A stretch of DNA of 64,000 nucleotides. It comes from Stegostoma tigrinum. Taxonomy: Eukaryota. How positions within the stretch are numbered: position 1 is the first letter of the stretch; each line of letters opens with the position of its first letter. The position numbers and the translations under genes were made by a program. The stretch is from assembly GCF_030684315.1 (NCBI RefSeq), contig NC_081373.1, positions 14,783,097 to 14,847,096 of the forward strand. Reading direction: 5' to 3'. The notes beneath the pieces are model-generated. The model did not search any database. It was not told the origin of the DNA and saw only the letters and a program-made list of their open reading frames with translations. Positions 1-13,060 of the stretch are shown one piece after another.

Positions 1-650
1 TCCTGTACTCAAATCCTCGTGCAGTAATGGGTAACATACCAGTTGCCTTTGTAAATGTTTGCTGCACCTGCATATTAGCATTCAGTGACATTTGGATATG
101 CAGGTCCCTTTGGAAATCAATACTTCCCAATCTCTCACAAATCACAGTGTTTAAGAACACTTTGTATTGCCATTTGTCTGACTATAGTGGATAACCTCAT
201 ATTTATCCATCTGCAATGTTCTTGCCCACTCATCCAGGCTTGAGCTTCTTTGCATCATGCTCACTTTCGACTGGTTTTATGTCATCTACAAGCTTGGAAA
301 TATTATAAATGTCCCTTCTATCCAAATCATTGGATATGAATTGTGAACAGCTCGGGCTCAGGCCTTTAACCCACTGGTGAAAGCTTGCCATCCTGAGAAT
401 GACCAATTTATTCTTAGTCTCTGTTTTCTGTCTGTTGGTTAATTCTCAATCCAGACTGGGATATTTCCCCCAAATGTGCTCAAACTTGGTTTAATAATCT
501 CAGTGTGGGACCTTTTCAGAAGCCGTCTGTAATTCTAATACACCACATCCACTGGTTGCCCCTCATCTACTCTATGAGTAACTAAAAAAAACTACAACAG
601 ATTTGTCAAAAACAATTTCTCCTTCAAAAATCAATGTTGACTTTGCCTAA
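1..650 (-). mobile_element. CR1-type LINE RT fragment
   Basis: Degenerate CR1 ORF2 sequence resembling the other copies in the window. Confidence 0.65.
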
Positions 651-1759
651 TCAAATGGTTATTTTCTAAGTTTGAATTTATTATTTGTGATGCCAAGTCA
701 GAAGAGGTTTTGGGCCCAGTGCTTGAAAATGGGATTCTAATACTTTTTGACCAGCCTGGTTGCAATGGGCTGGAGAGCCTTTTTCTGGGTTGTAGATCTC
801 TATGATTATATATGTCTCATCATAGGCTTGAGTATTTTCCCACTACTGATGCTACGCTATCAGGTCGGCAGTTCTCTGTGTTCTCTCCCCTTTCTTTGTC
901 AAAAAAATGAGGTCATAGTTTCAATGTGGAACCATTCCAAAATGTATAGAATTTTAAAAGATGATCATGAATGTAGCCAATATCTCTATTGCTGCCTCTT
1001 CCAGTACTCTGGGGGATGTACATCTTGGGTCACAAGGACTTGTTAATTTTCAGTCCCATTATTTCATTTGATGCTTTTCAGTCCCATTATTTCATTTCGT
1101 CCTACTTTTTGTTACTAATAATAATTTCATTCAGTTTCTCATTCTCATCACTCCCTTGAATCATTGTTATTTCTGGGAGATTTCTTTTATCTTCCTTTGT
1201 GAAAATGACCACAAAGTTACTGTTTAGCTTCTCAGCCATTCTGTATTTCACCTGATAAATTCTCTTACGTCTATATGTAGTAGACTCCACTTGTTTTTGC
1301 AAATCTTTTCTTTCTTGTACACATACAGAATCTTTTGCGATCTATTTATATGTTTCTTACAAGTTTACATTTATATCTATTCTCCCTCCAACAGATTTGT
1401 TGTGCTCATTTGCTGAATTTTAAAATAATTCCAATCCCCAGGCTTAGTATTTTTTTGACAAATTTATAAACCATCTCTTTTGATCTAATGCAATCTTTAA
1501 CTTCCTTTGTTAGCCATGTGTGACTTATAATGAAAGTGAGTCTGTTGTATTTTGTGCCTTAAAGAAATGTATGTTTGTTGTACATCATGTATTAATGTTT
1601 AAACTATTAGCCATTGCCTGTCTATCATCATATATTGTAATGTTTTATCCAGATCCAGGAACTTCTCCATATTTTCCTTTGTTTAGATTTCAAACGCTAG
1701 TTTCAGGTTGAACTACATCATTTTAAAAGTTAATAAAACATTCCATCATATTATGTCAT

Positions 1760-2482
1760 GGATTAAGAAGAGAGAGGTTGAATTTAATTAAATGGAGGAA
1801 GACTCCAGAAAGCTCCGGCACAGAGAGATTTGTGAGTCCTAACTAGGATTCAGGTTCAGAAGGTGGTAAGGAAAGCAAGTGGAATATGGGCCCTTATGCA
1901 GAGGGAATAAAAATAGGGACCTTTTGCTAAAACTGTACATGACACTAGTTATACTACAACCAGAATACTGTGAACAGCTTTGGTCCCTTTATCTAAGGAA
2001 TGCTATACAGGAATTGGAGGCAGTTTAGGGAAGGTTCACTAGGCTGACACCAGATATGGAGGGAGTATTTTATGAGAAGAGGTTTTGTAGATTGGACCTG
2101 TACTCATTGGAATTTTGAAAAATGAGAGGCACCTTAGTGAAACACTTTTAGGGACTTTGATCATTTAGATGTTGAGAGGTTGCTTGCCTTTTGTGAGAGT
2201 CTGGGACCAGACAACATAATTCCAGATTAAGGGGTCATACATTTAAGACAGAGATGAGGAATAATTTCTTCTCTCAGAGGGAGATGAATCTATGGAATAG
2301 TTTATCACAGAGGCTGGGTCACTAAGCATATTCAAGACTGAGAAAGACACATTTCTAATCAGCAAGGGAACGTAGGGTTATAGGGAAAAGGCAGGAAATG
2401 TGTTGAGGATTATCGGATCAGCCATGGTATCACTGAATGGCAGAGCATGCTCTGTGGGCTGAATGGTCCTATATCTCATGGT
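1760..2482 (+). mobile_element. CR1-type LINE 3' fragment
   Basis: LLKLYMTLV..QPEYCEQLWS-like RT C-terminus plus a typical 3' UTR. Confidence 0.75.
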
Positions 2483-3329
2483 CATATATTTAAAATTCTG
2501 CATTCCCACCTACTTCCGATAATCCCTGATTCCTCTAACAAAAATCTATCCATCCCTGCCTTCAAAAAATATTCAATGGCCCACCTCCACTGACTTCTGA
2601 GGAGAATTCCAAAGTTGTACAACCCTCTGAGGAAAAAATATTTCCCAAATCTCCGTCCAAAAAGAATGACCCCAAATTTTAAAACAATTCCCTCTAATTC
2701 TGGACCCAACCACAGGAGGAAACAACATTTCCACACCCATTTTGTTAAGGTATTATGTTATTACAAACTTCAGTCAAATCACCTTTCACTCTTCAAAACT
2801 CCAGTGAAAATAGCTCAGCTTGTCTCATCTTAATGCCTGAGAAATTCTAGCTCAAAATCATGCTGTTGTCCTTCCCAACAGCAGTGTGAATACCTTTACA
2901 CTCCAAAGGCTGCAACTGTTGGAAAAGGGAGCTCCCCACCACCTCAGATGTAATTTGAAAATCTGAAATTTAAATTAGAAAATGCTGGAGAAACTGTGAC
3001 AGCATTTGCGAAGAGAGAAACAGAATGAATGTTTCGAATCCAATATAACTCTTCTTCAGGGCTGGATCCCAGAACATCTGGGTTATGCTGGCAATGTCGA
3101 TTTTTATTATAGGCCATCAATGTTGGCCTAGCCAATGAGACCCAGATCCCAGGAATTAAATTTTAACAAAGCTTACATTTCACAATTTTAAGAAACTGCC
3201 TCACTGAACCTGACAATTGCAAGAATTTGATCGCTCAGGGACCAACATCTTTCTCCAGTGTGTCTACTTATCCAACATATTTAACTCCCTGATACTGCGC
3301 TCAGCTCACCCTGTTTGTCTCTGAAACCA

Positions 3330-3690
3330 CAAATAACTCCCACACACACTGTCTACAGCTCCCACAACATCCCACACAAATCTCCCATCCCACACAGTCT
3401 CCTAATTACACAGCTTCTCACTCCCATAAACTCTCCCACCCTCACTAAGTCTCTTACCTCAATACATCCTCTAACCTATGACTCGTACAGATACCCCCAC
3501 TCACACAATCTATCCCTAACCATATCCCTACAAATCTTGCCACTCCCATACAAATTCCCACCTGCCACACCCTCCCACCTCTATACATCCTCCCAATTCT
3601 CAGATCCTGCCACCTCCCACTCCTTATGCACCAACCTACCAGCACCTCAGCCCCTCCTCCGAACTATTTCCCACTCAAATTCCCCCTCCA
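3330..3690. repeat. C/A-rich low-complexity, degenerate tandem region
   Basis: Recurring ctccca/cccac motifs with very few G; it explains the spurious 166-aa ORF at 3315-3815. Confidence 0.6.
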
Positions 3691-5179
3691 ACTGGGCTGT
3701 ACATACATGGAGGCTGGAGGTAAATTCACCACAAAAGTCTCCAAATCGCCAAAGAAAATTTAATTGTGAAAGTAACCAGGGAGAAATTATACCGTCCCTC
3801 CAATATGTTATGTAGTGGAGAACTGCTCCTCCAATCACAGACTGGTTCACAGTGAATGAACCAATCAGCAGTCAATGCAAGAACAGAAACAGCCTGTGAT
3901 AGGAGGAGCAGTTAGTACTTGGGAAAGTAATTGATGGCAAAGAGAGAGTCGCCAGGGGAACATTTTGCCAGGAACTGGGCCAGTGATTTTGAGGACTTTG
4001 CTGAGAGGTGTGTCTTCTGTTAGAAGCTGGGAATTTTACAGGGAATTCTGTTGGATTCTGATGCTTTTCCTACAGGCACTACCTTTTATTGGGCTGGTCT
4101 GGCCATCTGAGGAGATGGGGAAGAGTAAGCAATTCCAAGACAATGTAGAGATAGAAGTGGAGGGAATGAGCCCCTTGAAAGTGCAGTGGTGTGAAGGAGA
4201 TTTTAAAAGGAATCTGCAGAGGCAAGTTCAAAGGAGATAGAACAGTTTTAAGTCTCTCAAAAAAGAAATATTTACATAATTGGGAGCAATGCAAACTTAA
4301 CCATTGAAGAAAAATGTTGTGAAAGCTACTGTAATAAACACTGTGTCAATTATAAAAGTTGATTCTCAGTTTTAGATCTGTGGTAGTAACAGCTTGGTTA
4401 GACTGTTTTCAGCTTTGTGCTTTTCTGCGGAAACACAATTAGCTGTGGCCGTACCAATCTGTGGAAAGTGTCTTTTAGGGTGATGGGTTTTTGAATGTAG
4501 AAGTCTCAGTTATTTTGAAAACAACATTTATTGTTAAGTAATGCCCTGATGTGGAGGTGCTGGCGTTGGACTGGGGTGGACAAAGTCAGAAGTCACACAA
4601 CACCAGACTTGTGATTTCAAATAAACCTGTTGGACTATAACCTAGGATAAAAAGGTGTAGAGCTGGAGGAACACAGCAGGCCGAGCAGGAAAGTTAACTT
4701 TTTGGGTCTGGACCCTTCAGAAATGGGGTTGGTGTTGCGTGACTTCTGATTTTAACTAATGCCCATCTTGTGCCAATTCCAATAGTAGGAAATGAACGCT
4801 TTCATTCAGTGCTGTGGGCTCAAGTTTAATGGAGCATGGATTTCTCAGAATATTGATGAATTCTTCTAATTCTGCTTCTGTGTGAGTCCAAATATCTCAT
4901 ATGAAAGCATAATTACAAAAGAAACTTTTAGTATGTGACTGCATCAACTAATAAATGGGTCAGTGGCATTGAAAAAGTAGCCCCAAAAATCAAAAAGTAA
5001 CCATTCAGAAAAATCTCAAAAGGACCCCTTGAAAATAATTATTTTAAGCCATGCCATACAAATGATGCTTCCCCCTAAACATGCCTAGCCTTCTCTCCCA
5101 CACTCACTCCCATTCCCACAAATTCATATATCTATGCTGCGGTAGGACACAGCAATCCTGCTCAATGATATTATCTCAC

Positions 5180-5278
5180 CTCTGCCGGTGAGTTCACCAC
5201 TGCTAGGTTATAGCCATAGGCCATGGAGGAACCAAAGGAAGTGAGGATGGCGACTGCCAGGAGAGGCCACGTCAGGTG
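5180..5278 (-). CDS. slc2a15: Coding exon 2 of a class II facilitative hexose/urate transporter (slc2a15 / SLC2A9-like), covering TM1
   Basis: 99-bp phase 0/0 exon reading HLTWPLLAVAILTSFGSSMAYGYNLAVVNSPAE, with the class II GLUT TM1 motif FGSS-x-x-YGYNL-x-VVN-x-P. Acceptor is ttgttttgtctccttgcacAG and donor is GAG|GTGAGA. LLAVA..TSFGSSM.YGYNLAVVNSPA resembles fish Slc2a15 more than mammalian SLC2A9 (from recall), so the paralog name is less certain than the family. Confidence 0.9.
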
Positions 5279-5580
5279 CTGTGCAAGGAGACAAAACAAG
5301 AGCGATGAGGTTAAAACAGAATACTTCTGATGCTGAGCATCTGTCAGGCATTCTGAGTATTCTGAAGACAGAAAGTAGACTGTTAACATTGACAACCAAG
5401 AAAGGGGAAATTCTGCAGATCCTTTATTTTAGTTCCACGTCTATGCTTCAGGGGCAGCGCAAAAATAAAAATAACCCATCATATCACTTATCAAATCCTG
5501 CCAATGTAACTAACTATTTACACAGTGAGTGGCTCTTGAATGCAGTAGTAAGTACTTCAGTAGTGCTGTACCTCTGGAGT

Positions 5581-6116
5581 GTCAATACTGAGGGAGGGTC
5601 ACACTGTCAGCGGGTCAGTACTGAGGGAGTGCTGACTTGTCAGGGGGTCAGTACTGAGGGAGGGCTGCACTGTCAGGACGGTCAGTACTGAGGGAGTGCC
5701 GCACTGTCAGCGGGTCAGTACTGAGGGAGTGCCGCACTGTCAGCGGGTCAGTACTGAGGGAGTGCCGCACTGTCAGCGGGTCAGTACTGAGGGAGTGCCG
5801 CACTGTCAGGAGGGTCAGTACTGAGGGAGTGCCGCACTGTCAGGTCGGTCAGTACTGAGGGAGGGTCGCACTGTCAGAGGGTCAGTACTGAGGGAGTGCC
5901 ACACTTTCGGAGGGGTCAGTGCTGAGGGAGTGCTGCACTGTCGGAGGGGTCAGTACTGATGGAGTGCCGCACTGTTGGAGGGTCAGTACTGAGGGAGTGC
6001 CGTACTGTCGGAGGTGTCAGTACTGAGGGAGTGCCGCACTGTCGGAGGGTCAGTACTGAGGGAGTGCCACACTATCAGAGGGTCAGTACTGAGGGTGTGC
6101 TGCCCCATTGGAGGGG
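5581..6116. repeat. 33-34 bp minisatellite, 16 copies (gtcagtactgagggagtgccgcactgtcggagg)
   Basis: Unit starts counted at 5581, 5614, 5647, 5681, 5714, 5747, 5780, 5814, 5848, 5881, 5915, 5949, 5982, 6016, 6049 and 6082. Confidence 0.95.
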
Positions 6117-7044
6117 TAGCAGTGACTTGGTGATGTGATGTTTTGCACAGATGCCTTCCAGAAAAGACAATAAGCTGATGTCTGTCTGCTGTCCTGAGGT
6201 AGGTGTATCAGATTGGAAGACCACTATTTTGAAGAAGCGTAGGTGGGAGCAGAGATCTTGGTCCTAGGACCAATCGATCTCCCTGAACCAACACCTGTCC
6301 AGAATATGCATGTGGCAACTCAGGTCTTAGACATTACACTGGAGAGCTGTACCTGAGAGCCTTTCATGCATAGATATAAGGAATACAGTATATGAAGAAC
6401 TGAAGAGCCTAACTTAGTGATAAGTTGCCTCAGGGGCAGTGTACGTGCAGACACCCCAGCGTGAGATATTCCAGACTGTTACATTAGCATAGCACATAGC
6501 ATTATGGGCGTAAAGCAAAACATAATGCACTGACGTATTTGCTGATCTAGTGCCCATGGAACCTGCAGTCTGGCAGTGCACTTGGTACATCTGAAATTGA
6601 GAAGGGATCTGATGTGAAAAGAACAAAAGTTGAGTTTAAGATTGCAGGGCAGTGCCAAGAGGAATCCATCCAAGGAGTGGGGAACTGTTTACGCAAACTG
6701 GAAGTCTTGCTACAGAGACGGCAGAATATGCTTACCTTGTGTTGTGTAGTTTATGATACTGTCCCATCCTCTAGACTGTGTTATATAGTCCGTAACTCCC
6801 TTTGACTTCTCCATTATTCTATACAGAATGTATCCCCTAACACCTATTACCAAACACACGCAGACTACATCATTTTTACTGCCTCCCATAATACGTGGTT
6901 AGGGTGAAGTAAATTCTCAAGCAAAGGAACAGCGAGAAAAAGGAAAAAATGCTGAAATGGTGAAGGAGCGGCAGAGAAGAAGATATGCAGGCAATCAGAA
7001 TGTGAGAGAGGGAAAAGAGAGGCGGGGGAAGGGGGGGCAAGTGG

Positions 7045-7049
7045 TGTGA

Positions 7050-7095
<46 letters not shown>
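7045..7095. repeat. (GT)n(GA)n microsatellite
   Basis: Read directly from the sequence. Confidence 0.95.
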
Positions 7096-7098
<3 letters not shown>

Positions 7099-7373
7099 AC
7101 ACACATAAATAGGAAGGAAGATGGTAAGAGAAATAGAAATAGAGAGAAACGGTGGAGAGCTAGAAAATAAACAGAGGAATTGAAAGTGGGGCTTACAGAG
7201 AAAGTGAGAAAAATGGGGAGAGAATACGTGGTAGAGAGAAAGACTGGAAAAAGTTTTTAAAAATTTCTTAAATTATTGTCTGGAAATAAAGAAGAATCAA
7301 TTTGCTTAAAAAAGCAAGAGATTTGCGGAACAGAAAAGAAACAAAGCGAAGTAAAAAGAAGAAAGAAAGTTTC

Positions 7374-7608
7374 AAAAACAAAGTTGCTGGTAAAGCTCCG
7401 CGGGTCTGGCAGCATCTGTGGAGGAGAAAACAGAGTTAACGTTTCTGATCCGGTGACCCTCAGAATTTCCATTCTGAGGCAGGGTCACCGGACCTGAAAC
7501 ATTAACTCTGTTTTCTCCTCCACAGATGCTGCCAGGCCTGCTGAGCTTTGCCAGCAACTTTGTTTTTGTTCCTGATTTAACAGCTTCTGCAGTTCTTTAG
7601 GTTTTTAA
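7374..7608. mobile_element. Short hairpin Penelope-derived element
   Basis: About 95-bp inverted arms (aaaacaaagttgctgg...ccctcagaa / ttctgaggcagggtc...caactttgttttt). Related copies lie at about 41270-41465, 59665-59800 and 62505-62655. Confidence 0.75.
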
Positions 7609-7793
7609 GTAAAGTTTCAATCTTGAACTGGATGAGAGATAGATATCCTGTATCTGTTTGGATGTATAATTCCACTGTCTGAGACACTCTCATTCACTCT
7701 TAGAACTTACTCACACTCAATGCTAAAACATTTAGAAGAGAATTTTCACTGGTTAAAATTGATTATTGGAGGCTTCAAAATTCAAAAGGGCTG

Positions 7794-7797
<4 letters not shown>

Positions 7798-7829
<32 letters not shown>

Positions 7830-7841
7830 TGTCTGTCTGTC
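7798..7841. repeat. (GT)n(CTGT)n microsatellite
   Basis: Read directly from the sequence. Confidence 0.95.
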
Positions 7842-7849
7842 TTTGTGCA

Positions 7850-8462
7850 GTGTCCATAAACCTTTCGTATTCATATGCCCATCCAGATGCCTTTTAAATG
7901 GGTGGTGAGCCAATTCATTGCCACGGAGCACAGTGGAGGCCGGGACGTTAAACGTCTTCAAGGCAGAGATCAATAAATTCTTGATCTCACAAGGAATCAA
8001 GGGCTACGGGGAGAGTGCAGGGAAGTGGAGTTGAAATGCCCATCAGCCGTGATTAAATAGCGGAGTGGACTCGATGGGCCAAATGGCCTTACTTCCACTC
8101 CTATCTCTTATGGTCTTACGGTCTAAATGTTGTAATTGTACCAGCCTCCACTACTTCCTTTGGCAGCTCATTCTATGCATATACCACTGTCTGTGTGAAC
8201 AAATTTCCCCTTAGGTCCCTCTTAAATCTTTCTCCTCTCACCTTCAACCTATGCCCCCTAGTTTGGACTCCACTACCCTGGGAAAAAGAATTTGGCTATT
8301 TGCCCTATCTTGCCCCTCATGATTTTATAAACCTCTGTACGGTCAGCCCTCAGCCTCCGATGCTCCATGGAAAATAGCCCTAGCCCATTTAGCCTTTCCC
8401 CACAGTTCAAACCCTTCAACCCTGGTAACATCCTCGTAAAACTTTTCTGAACCCTTCCAAGT
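7850..8462 (-). mobile_element. CR1-type LINE 3' fragment with an oppositely oriented CR1 3' end nested at about 7897-8125
   Basis: The shared CR1 3' motifs (tttaaatg...ttgtaattgtacc) are interrupted by a plus-strand 3' end. Confidence 0.65.
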
Positions 8463-9950
8463 TAAGTCTGCATGTCAATGTTTGTGTAAACACATTGTAT
8501 CCATGTCTGCACATCTATGTTCAGCGCAAGACAGAATCACTTTAAAATTCGAACAAGGTTATTCATGGGTGGTTTCAGGAAGCACTTCAAACAAAGAGGA
8601 GTGGAAATCTGGAAGTCTACCACAAAAAAGCTGACAAGGTCAGGGATTAGAAAACGAAAATTGATGTTTGTTTGGAAGGGGCACTCTGGGTTCTGGAACT
8701 ACGATGAGTAAACAGAATTAAGATCCATATCGGCTGTGTACTAAATGAATGAGGGAACAGGCTTGAAGGTCTGAATGTCCTCCTGCTGTTCCTGTATTCA
8801 GAAACTGTGGAATCTCTAGTTAGTTAAATACACATTCTTTAAACGCGTGCCCAGAGACGAGAAATGAAATCAATCACTTCCTTTCTCCCCGTCTGATGCA
8901 TTCTCATAAGCTTGATAATCACTGTTGGGTATACATTGAGACAAAAAATGTAATTATCTGATTTCCAATTCCAAACAATTTCCTTCAAATGCTTTACAGA
9001 TTTAGCATCAGGGTTTACAAGAGACTCTTTCTCTTATTACAGATGAACGTACACAGAGCAGACTAACAGCAGCACATCGTGGAGAGGACAATTTATTGAT
9101 TGAGGAACAGGGCAAGACAGTGAATAATCCCTGGGTGAGGGAGTGGGAGAGGAATGCACATGCATGGGACAAGACAGAGAGAGAAGAGACAAAAACTAAA
9201 ACTAAAAAAAGACAATGAAAGATACTAAACTTCCATTTCTATTGTGACCATATGAGTAACAGTATTTTGTGAAATATAGGCACTGTTGGGAGCTAGAAAT
9301 AAGAGGAACCAGCATATACACTGCAAAATCCCACAAAGAACATGCCTGTAATCACTAGGTAATCTGATGTTTATTGAGGGAAAAGTAGTGGTCAGGATGT
9401 CAGGGAGAACTTCCTTGCTATTCTTTATAATTTTGGATTTGGATCTTTTATCCCCACTTGAGAGGATGGTAAATTTAAGCAGGCTTATATTAAATTTCTT
9501 CCCCATATAAATGTGTCTGATTTTAGTGCCCAACACTGTCCCAATCTGTAACTGATTTCAGCATCCAGCACAGGGGTGTAATTTTCAAGTTCTAAGGTAC
9601 AAATGTTTCCTGTGCTTACAAACAGCTTCTTTACTTATTCCTGCACTGCATTCTGACTAGTGCACAAGCTGACTTGCGAAGATACTGAAGAAAAATAAAC
9701 ACGCTTGCATCCCGGGGACTGCCTGTATCTGATTTCAGTGACCAATACTCATCCCATAGTGGAGCCTGGTTTCCAGCCATCTTGGATGTTCCCTGCCATT
9801 GAGTCAAGACCTTGGCCCATTCAGACCATGTGGTGAATGGTGTGCAACATCCACTCTACAATAAAAGTATCCACCCATTGGGATTGTCCACTCCAACCAT
9901 CCCTGTCTGGATTCTTCCAGAAAGATACAAACCACTTCAGCCTCACCAAG

Positions 9951-10290
9951 GGGGCAGCACAGTGGGTCAGCGGTTAGCGCTGCTGCCTCACATCGCCATG
10001 CACCCGGGTTCAATTCCACCCTCAAGTGACTGTCTGTGTGGAGTTGGTACATTCTCCCCGTGTCTGCATGGGTTTGCTCCAGGTGTTCCGGTTCCCTTCC
10101 ACAGTCCAAAGATGTGCAGGTTGGGCAGTTTGGCCAGGCTACATTGCCTGTAGTGTCCAGGGATGTGCAGGTTAGGTGGATTAGCCATGGGGAATGCAGG
10201 GTTACAGGGATAGGGTTGGGTGGATGCTCTTTAGAGGGGGGTATGGACCCGATGGGCTGAATGGCCTGCTTCCACTCTATACGGATTATA
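9951..10290 (+). mobile_element. HE1-type tRNA-derived SINE
   Basis: ggggcagcacagtgggtcagcggttagc...gggttcaattcc (pol III A/B boxes) followed by the gactgtctgtgtggagtt...cacagtccaaagatgtgcagg core. Eight copies occur in the window. Confidence 0.88.
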
Positions 10291-10949
10291 TGAAGGGGAA
10301 CATGCAGCTGAAAGACTGCACAGAATCCAGAGCATCCCACTCAAACACACGCGACTCCTGTGGTAGAGTCTGCAGCTCCAGGATTAGACTATTTGGCCAC
10401 ACCCTCAAAGGGGGAACAAGTTGTCCTTGATCCTGAGGGATTGGCAGTGATGAAAAAAAGATTGTCCCAGAACAGTAATTACAAGGGATCTACAATAAAC
10501 AGAAATAACAAGGTATGGATCTGGAGGAACACCGCAGGCCAGGCAGCATAGGAGGAGCAGGAAAGGTGACCTTTCGGTCAGGGCCCTTCTTCAGAAATAG
10601 GGGAGGGGATGGGGGCTTTGAAGTAAATTGGGGGGACAGGTGGTAATAGAAGGTGGATACTGGAGCAGATAGGTGGAAGAGAATACAGACAGGTCAAGGA
10701 GACGGGGACGTATAAAGGTTACTAAAGGCTAGTAAAGGTGAGTGTCGGTAGAGAGTAGGGATGGGGGTTGGTCAGTGAGGAGGGAGGGGTGGATAGATGG
10801 GAGGGAAGACAGGCAGCAGCCTAAATGTAAACTCAACAGGATAGGAAAACAATTAAGTAAGAACAGAAACTGAAGGTAAAGGAATAAATAATGCGATTGA
10901 ATAGGGGCCTAAAAAGATATTTAAAATGCAAAATGTGGTGAAATCTTAT

Positions 10950-13060
10950 TTACTATAAGTTGAAATGTCTACATAGTAATGCACACAGTGTCTTTACAAA
11001 AACAGGACACTGGAGACAATCATGTGTTGAGGCAGAGTAGGAATTACTGAGACACAACACAAAAATCAGGACAGAAAATTAAACACTGTAGCTTAACATA
11101 TATAGAAAAGACAGAGACAGTAAAAAGGGAGTTGGTGTAGCGGTTACATATTCTGGATAATATGATGACAGGAAAGGGAACATAGCTATGAGTGAGATAA
11201 AAGATGATAAAGGATCAATCACATGAATGAGCACAGCCTTCAGACAAGCAAATAGTGGAAGGGAGGTGGAGGAAAAAAATATGTAGACAAATAATAAAAC
11301 TAAGTGACGAAAAATAGAATATTAATCGCAGGGGAATTCAACTCCCTTGAAATTAATTGGACAAAAGAGTTAAGTAAAGGGAATACGGTAATAGAGATCC
11401 AAGACTACTTCCTAATCCAATGTGTAAACTGAACAATAGAAGATTCGCTATTGGCTAGTCATAGAGAATTAGTTAGAACAGATAAAAGAAGTAAAACTCA
11501 GGGAACATTTAGGCAGCAGTGATCAAAATATAATAAACTTCAGGGTGATGATAGAGAAGGACATAAATTTGATGGGGAAAAACATTAGAAAAAATGATTT
11601 TGAAAGGGCGCGTGAATAGAATTTGAGAAAATAGGCAACAATATTGATAAATAACCAGGTACAGGAACAATGGAAAATATACATAATGGTGTTCAACAGA
11701 GCTCCACTAAAAGAAAAGAACAAACAAAACACTGGTGAAATTCTGTGGATGCACAGAGACATAGGGAACAACTGAGATGTAGGGAAGAAACACCAAGAAT
11801 ATAAACAGCAAAGGAGTGCAGAATAAAACAGAACACAAAGTGATTGGGAGAAAAGGAAACCAAAATTATGAAAGCAAAGAGAAATGTTGAAATTAAATTA
11901 TCAAGAAACATAAAGTAGCTACAAGTCCAACAATTAAAAGAAAAGTCTATTATAGTCAATTAAGAGATTAGACAGGATATTACCACAGGTAATGATAGCG
12001 AGATGAAAGTAATATTAAATAATTATTTTGCTTCAGTATTTATCAGGGAAATAGAACAAGTAAACTGACACTAAATACTGAGGAGAGTAAGGCGCTTATG
12101 TATATTTTGATTTTTAAAAATTGGGATGTATTGAATAAACAAAACAGAAAGATGAATATGGTCATCAGATTTGGAATCAGGGGACAAGAGGCAGAAGGAC
12201 TGCTGAGTCAGAAAGCAGAGCATGGGAGTGAAGTGTAATTATTCAGAGTTGCAGGGCTGATGGGAAGTGGTATCCCACAAGGATGAATGCTGGGACCACT
12301 GTGTTTACAATTTGCATTAATGATCTAAACTTTGGAATCAGAAACAGAATATCTAAATTTGTGAAGGACACCAAATTGGGAAGGTCAAGTCAATAAAGTT
12401 CTTGCACTGGAAATATATTGCTGCCCCCTCATTGTCACTGGAACTCCTTCCGAACAGCATTGTCGGTGTACCTATTAAATAGACTGCTACAGTTCAGGAA
12501 GGCAGCTCACCACCACCTCCTCAATGTCAACAAGGGATGGGCAATAAAGGCTGGTCCAGCTAGTGAACCTGTATCCCATGAAAAAAAATTGAAGAGGATT
12601 GTGACAAATTACAGGAAAAGCTTAATAAACCTGCATAATGGGCAAATAATTGGCGGATGATCAGAGTTTGAGTGAAGATTTGTAGCTTGGGTGCTGGCTT
12701 AGATGTTGGTGTGTTCGCCGAGCTGGGAGGTTTGCTATTGATGAACACACCAACATCTACAGTTGGCAGATGAATTTTAACACCAACAATTATGATGTTG
12801 TACATTTTAGAAGGAAAATAGGGAGGTCACTTACTACTTAAATGGTCTGAGTCTGCATAAGGTACAGAAGCAAAGGGATCTTGGAGTACAAATACATCAA
12901 TCACAAAATGATGCCTCAGGTTAACAAGGCCATAAGAAAGCTAAACAAGCACAGGGCTTTATTTTTAGATAGATACAGCCAAAAAGTAGAGATCTTATGC
13001 TAACCTATATTGAATGTTGGTTAGATAGCTATAATACTATGTGCTGACTGCCCTACAAAC
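10950..13060 (+). mobile_element. Old, long CR1-type ORF2 remnant (endonuclease to RT) with nested insertions
   Basis: A-rich. Recognisable in pieces are CL.SNA.SV, ITET, IAGEFN, LNNYFASVF, SGIPQG.MLGP and SKFVKDTKLG. Confidence 0.65.

Noticed and set aside
1-5179. Search for slc2a15 exon 3 (YIK.FYN..W...SIFAIGGL)
   Set aside because: No convincing match found by eye; it probably lies left of position 1.
5581-6116. Regular ~33-bp periodicity superficially like a CRISPR array
   Set aside because: The units are head-to-tail with no unique spacers, there are no cas genes, and the context is vertebrate.
6736-6814. ATG-initiated segment (MEKSKGVTDY...) ending in a strong donor AAG|GTAAGC, a possible alternative first exon of slc2a15
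   Set aside because: The available ATGs give phase 1 or 2, and the phase-0 frame has a TAA, so it cannot splice in frame to exon 2. A non-coding exon cannot be excluded.
9951-10030. tRNA-like A/B boxes
   Set aside because: This is the tRNA-derived head of the HE1 SINE, not a tRNA gene.
9804-10340. Long ORFs in the track (178 aa here; also 20768-21328, 50585-51151, 3315-3815, 5281-5691)
   Set aside because: They arise from SINE, Penelope, CR1-antisense, low-complexity or minisatellite sequence and are not host genes.
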